Source of the DNA: Neodothiora populina
Lineage: Eukaryota
Direction: 5' to 3'
Assembly (NCBI RefSeq): GCF_041146345.1
Contig: NW_027191417.1
Coordinates: forward strand, 62,001 to 126,000
Length of the DNA stretch: 64,000 bases
Part shown: positions 60,391 to 64,000 of the stretch, one piece after another
How positions within the stretch are numbered: position 1 is the stretch's first letter
Layout: each line of letters opens with the position of its first letter
Made by a program: the position numbers and the translations under genes
Notes under the pieces: model-generated
Seen by the model: the letters and a program-made list of their open reading frames with translations, nothing else
Databases searched by the model: none
Told to the model about the DNA's origin: nothing

Positions 60391-61462
60391 GTCTTCGCGC
60401 CAACACACGGCTACGGAATTATAGATCGACATGGGTTCTCGAATAAGGTTGACGACGCACCTTCAGCATTCGCTGTGTGCATGTGTATACATGAGTAAAG
60501 TCTGTTTCATGTTCTGATGTCTGTTCTCGGCGGTTGTTTATGTACAAAGCTGCCTTGGTACTATATTGATTATAGAAAATGAGAAGCACCATGATTTACT
60601 TGATGTCCACATTTCGTTATAAAGATCGAGTTCTCGAGGACATTGCTGAAGCGCATCAGCTCTTCTTTCCAATGTAACAATCTGAGAAAAGGATGACTAG
60701 AAGACGCCCAAGAATATGGCAAGTGCTGAGACTTGGAACGCAGAAGCAGGAGGGGAAAGTGGAAAGAAGGTGAAGACGATCAAGATTTTTGTGAAGTCTC
60801 TCCGAGGCCCTTTAAAAGGTAGGTAAGTAAGTCCAACCACGCACCTTCCTCGTTTGTCCTCGTAGTGAAGCACCACGTAGACATATTCTCTCCTTAGCTG
60901 ATTACCTTAGGTAGGCATATCGAGAAGTGATGTTCTTCCTAATGCTGATTGCGTCGTGATCAAAACGGCACGATGGACCTGTGAGCTAGATTCTTCGTCC
61001 TGCGCCTCCTGCTTCCACGTTTGTCCTCCTGTAGTCGACTGCTTAAGAAACGAAGAGGCGACGGGGCACAAGCAATCTTCCAGCTATCTTTCAGCAACGG
61101 CAAAACAAATATCAAACAGGAGCGCCGAGATGCCGAGTGTCTATACAGGGGATGTGCACACACACAAATTCACATATTGCTTTCAGCTGAAGGCTTGCTC
61201 CATTTCCAATTTGTTTGCACAAGGACATGAAGACATCGTGATCTGATCGGCTCTCCAAACGTTCTATCATCCAAATCATCAGCAACATATATCAGGGAGC
61301 CATAAAGAAAGCGGAAAGTCAAGAATAGCAGAACACTTCTTCGACCTGCTCATTATCTATACCACTGGAAAGAAGGAGCAAAACGACACACACGTAAGTC
61401 CAAGCTCGAAGTCAGATATGATGTATCCCAACAGCTAAATAATAGACAGGTCCGAAGAAAGA

Positions 61463-61625
61463 ATGTGCCAATCAAAGTTCATCTACTCCACGCTGTGCAC
61501 ACACACAAGCGCAATCCCTCAATACTGTGCCATAGCTCTCTCTCAATCTCCTCCCATCAGATCCAAATGGCCCAGAGATCCAGCTGCTGGATTTGATACC
61601 TCTTTGGCCAGGGACAACGGCAACG

Positions 61626-61656
<31 letters not shown>

Positions 61657-61897
61657 CGGCAGCGACGAGCAGCTGCCAGGCCTCGAAGAGAGACGGCTAT
61701 GCAACGATTGGCACGCCCGCCAGGTCAACACCACAGACACCGCCAGCAAGGATGAAACGCGATTCTGCAGGGAGTGCATTGCGGATCTGCAGAGGGGGCT
61801 GAGAGATGTCATCAAGGAGAAGGAGCTGCAGGTCACCAAGGAGCGGGCGTGTATGTGGGAGAGGGGGACGTGGGAGAGGGAGGCGGCAAGTGTATAG
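61463..61897 (+). CDS. Small hypothetical Cys/His-motif protein with poly-Asn, 144 aa
   Basis: MC-x9-CTH ... YC ... LC ... CREC spacing; (AAC)n tract near 61628-61657; apparent 5'UTR intron GTAAGT..CAG at about 61394-61449 just before the ATG. Confidence 0.6.
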
Positions 61898-62149
61898 GGG
61901 CTAGTAAGAAGATCAGTACTATGCAGTCGTTTGTATGATCAGCAGTCAACGGCCGGGCTAGCATCAAAGCCAGGCGAGCGTCGAAGAGTTTTGAAATCTC
62001 CTGTACCACACTCCACTGTTTATCTGCCTAGATGACTCAAAAGATGCAAATATGGTCCACAAATAGGTATGGAGATCTACCGAAGTCGACCAGCAGTCCA
62101 GGCTTGAATCGCAACTTCAAGATAGTAAAGCTTGCAGTAAGATAGCTGA

Positions 62150-62380
62150 GAAGTGACAGCGAAGCAGTACCGAAGCAGCAATAAGGCCGTGATAAGGCCT
62201 CGATATATCAACAAAAAAGCTACTGTGGAGCAACAATGAGGCAGAAGCGACTTGAGGATCAAACCGTAGTAAATCAGCAATGAAATAGCAGTAAAGCAAA
62301 AGTGAAGCGGAAGTGAAGTGGTAGTAAAGTAGCAATGAAGCTCAAATGAAGCGGTAGAAAGGACACAGTGAATCAGCAGC
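62150..62380. repeat. Highly degenerate 11-bp minisatellite, 21 units in exact phase, consensus RAAGCAGYART
   Basis: gaagtgacagc gaagcagtacc gaagcagcaat ... aaatcagcaat gaaatagcagt aaagcaaaagt gaagcggaagt gaagtggtagt aaagtagcaat gaagctcaaat ... gaatcagcagc. Confidence 0.8.
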
Positions 62381-63363
62381 AATCGCCATATTCAAATTCT
62401 ATTCCGTGCAAGGGTTTGTCGTGACTGGACCTACCGAGAAGTTATTTTGAACATCGAGCCTAGTCTGGATGGTATCTGTGATTTTTGCAGATATGGACGT
62501 GATACATCGAGGGTGACGGTTTGGGCTATCAGGTCTCGGAATGTGGCATGAAGAAAATTCGATGGTTTGGAGGAGAAGAAGAAGAAAGATGCATAACGCT
62601 TTGGAGCATTGGGATTTCCTATTATTGCTCGACAAAGATGTAACTCTGGATTTTGAAGGTTTTGCAATATGGCGTTTGGGAGTTCTGGAAATTCTGCAAT
62701 ATTGAATTGATAAGTGAGGTCTCCCTGCTGCAGCAACTGGCTGCATCTCGAGGACTCATACCAAGAGGGAAGGGTTCTGCTTTAACATGAAGTCTTGATC
62801 CTTATGAGGGGGAGGGCAGGTGTCATTGGCTATCAGATTTGAATAGTCTGTTCGAGCTAGGACCTTGATTCGACGGCTCGAGGGACCAGGAATTAGTCCG
62901 GGGAAGGCGATAAGTTCATCTACGGCTCCCGACGACTCATTGGTCATCAGGTATATGTTTGTATAATAATGGCAATCATACCCAGACAACTTAGTTTCTC
63001 TCTGTCTGGAAGTATCAATTAGATATACCACGATATATGGAATGAATGGCTACAGTACAGTACATGTCTTTCTAAAGGTGATGTTGAATTCTTGAAAGTG
63101 ATATTATATTCCAGAACCTGGGGCTTCCTTCCGCACTTAGTAGAAACAACTTGCGAATAGGTTAAACACGTATCATGGTGACTGAAGGAACCTTCATACT
63201 TCATGCATATGAATCAAAAGCGAACAAAGGTGGCAAAGAAGTGTTGACTAATTTATCAAGCTCTATATACAGTCCACTCATCATATGCCTTCATACAGTT
63301 GTAGCTGTTTCTGTCTATACATTCATTGTTCGGTAGCTTGGGTCTTTATCTTGGCACAACTAC

Positions 63364-64000
63364 TTAAAGTGGAGGAGTATCTGCGTAAAGAACAGCAGCA
63401 AAAGCTGCCGGATATCTAGTTCCAGCAATCTCGGCCTTGTTGCATGCATCTCTTATCTCTTGCTCCTCCTCGGTGGAGAGATAGACCTTTGTGGCGCCTA
63501 AGTTCTCCTCGAGACGCTTGGGGTTGGTCGTACCCGGGATGGGGAAGAAGTCATCGCCCTATTGTATTTGAATCAGTATGGTGAACAGGGAGAAGGCAGA
63601 GAACAAACAAAACATACCTGAGCCATGATCCATGCTAGTGTGAGCTGGGCTGTAGTGATGTTCTTCCTGTCGGCAATGGCGGTAAGAGCTTGGACCAACT
63701 CCAAGTTCTTGTTGAAGTTCTCCGGCTGGAATCGAGGAGCCATCTTCCTGAAGTCGCCCTCCTCGAAATCGTCGGGGCTCTTGATGGCACCAGAGAACAT
63801 ACCGCGTCCGATTGGTGAGTAGCAGACAATTGCAACTCCGAGCTCACGAGCAACACTCAGCACGTTAATTTCATCACTCTCGATTTCGAGAGCAAAGGGA
63901 GAGTACTCGATTTGCACAGCCTGGACGTGGTGGATCTTGCATGCTCTGCGCAGAGTATCGGCAGAGACCTCGGAGAGACCGATATACTTGATCTTGCCCT
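63364..64000 (-). CDS. Aldo-keto reductase (YakC-like), 3' part only
   Basis: GKIKYIGLSEVSADTLRRA, AVQIEYSPF, YSPIGRG, AQLTLAW; intron 63559-63617; PIPGTT..RLEEN..ADTPPL-stop at 63364. Confidence 0.93.

Noticed and set aside
62399..63031. Possible minus-strand gene or relic (MTNESSGAVDELIAFPGL... / ...AEFPELPNAILQNL...)
   Set aside because: The fragments are protein-like but lie in different frames with no convincing intron and no recognisable family; left uncalled.

Overview
Gene-dense eukaryotic DNA (about 50% GC) from a filamentous ascomycete. Short 49-75 nt GT..AG introns with CTRAC/CTAAT branch points and Pezizomycotina-type gene families support this; a Dothideomycete origin is only a guess. 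About 21 protein-coding genes can be modelled by hand. In order: 3' end of a 4CL-like acyl-CoA ligase, peroxisomal thiolase, MFS transporter, coiled-coil protein, a GH16 - GT2 - GH128 trio, acetate permease, cytochrome c peroxidase, PDR ABC transporter, secreted lipase, Zn2Cys6 factor, three ubiquitin-ligase-type genes, a hevein-domain secreted protein, an Ecm33-like membrane protein, SH3-RasGEF, PQ-loop transporter, a small Cys-rich protein and a partial aldo-keto reductase. The best candidate for an uncharacterised system is the 9 kb trio at 8567-17585: a processive-type GT2 with an ELARW variant of QxxRW, a membrane-anchored GH16 whose acid/base Glu is replaced by Met, and an intact GPI-type GH128 beta-1,3-glucanase. 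Other signals are two abutting CGG-N12-CCG elements upstream of the ABC pump, a degenerate intron-containing tRNA-Leu-like cloverleaf, an N-myristoylation motif created by a 4-nt micro-exon, and a hidden 21-unit 11-bp minisatellite. No transposon, CRISPR array or rRNA was seen. All family assignments come from motif recognition, not database searches.
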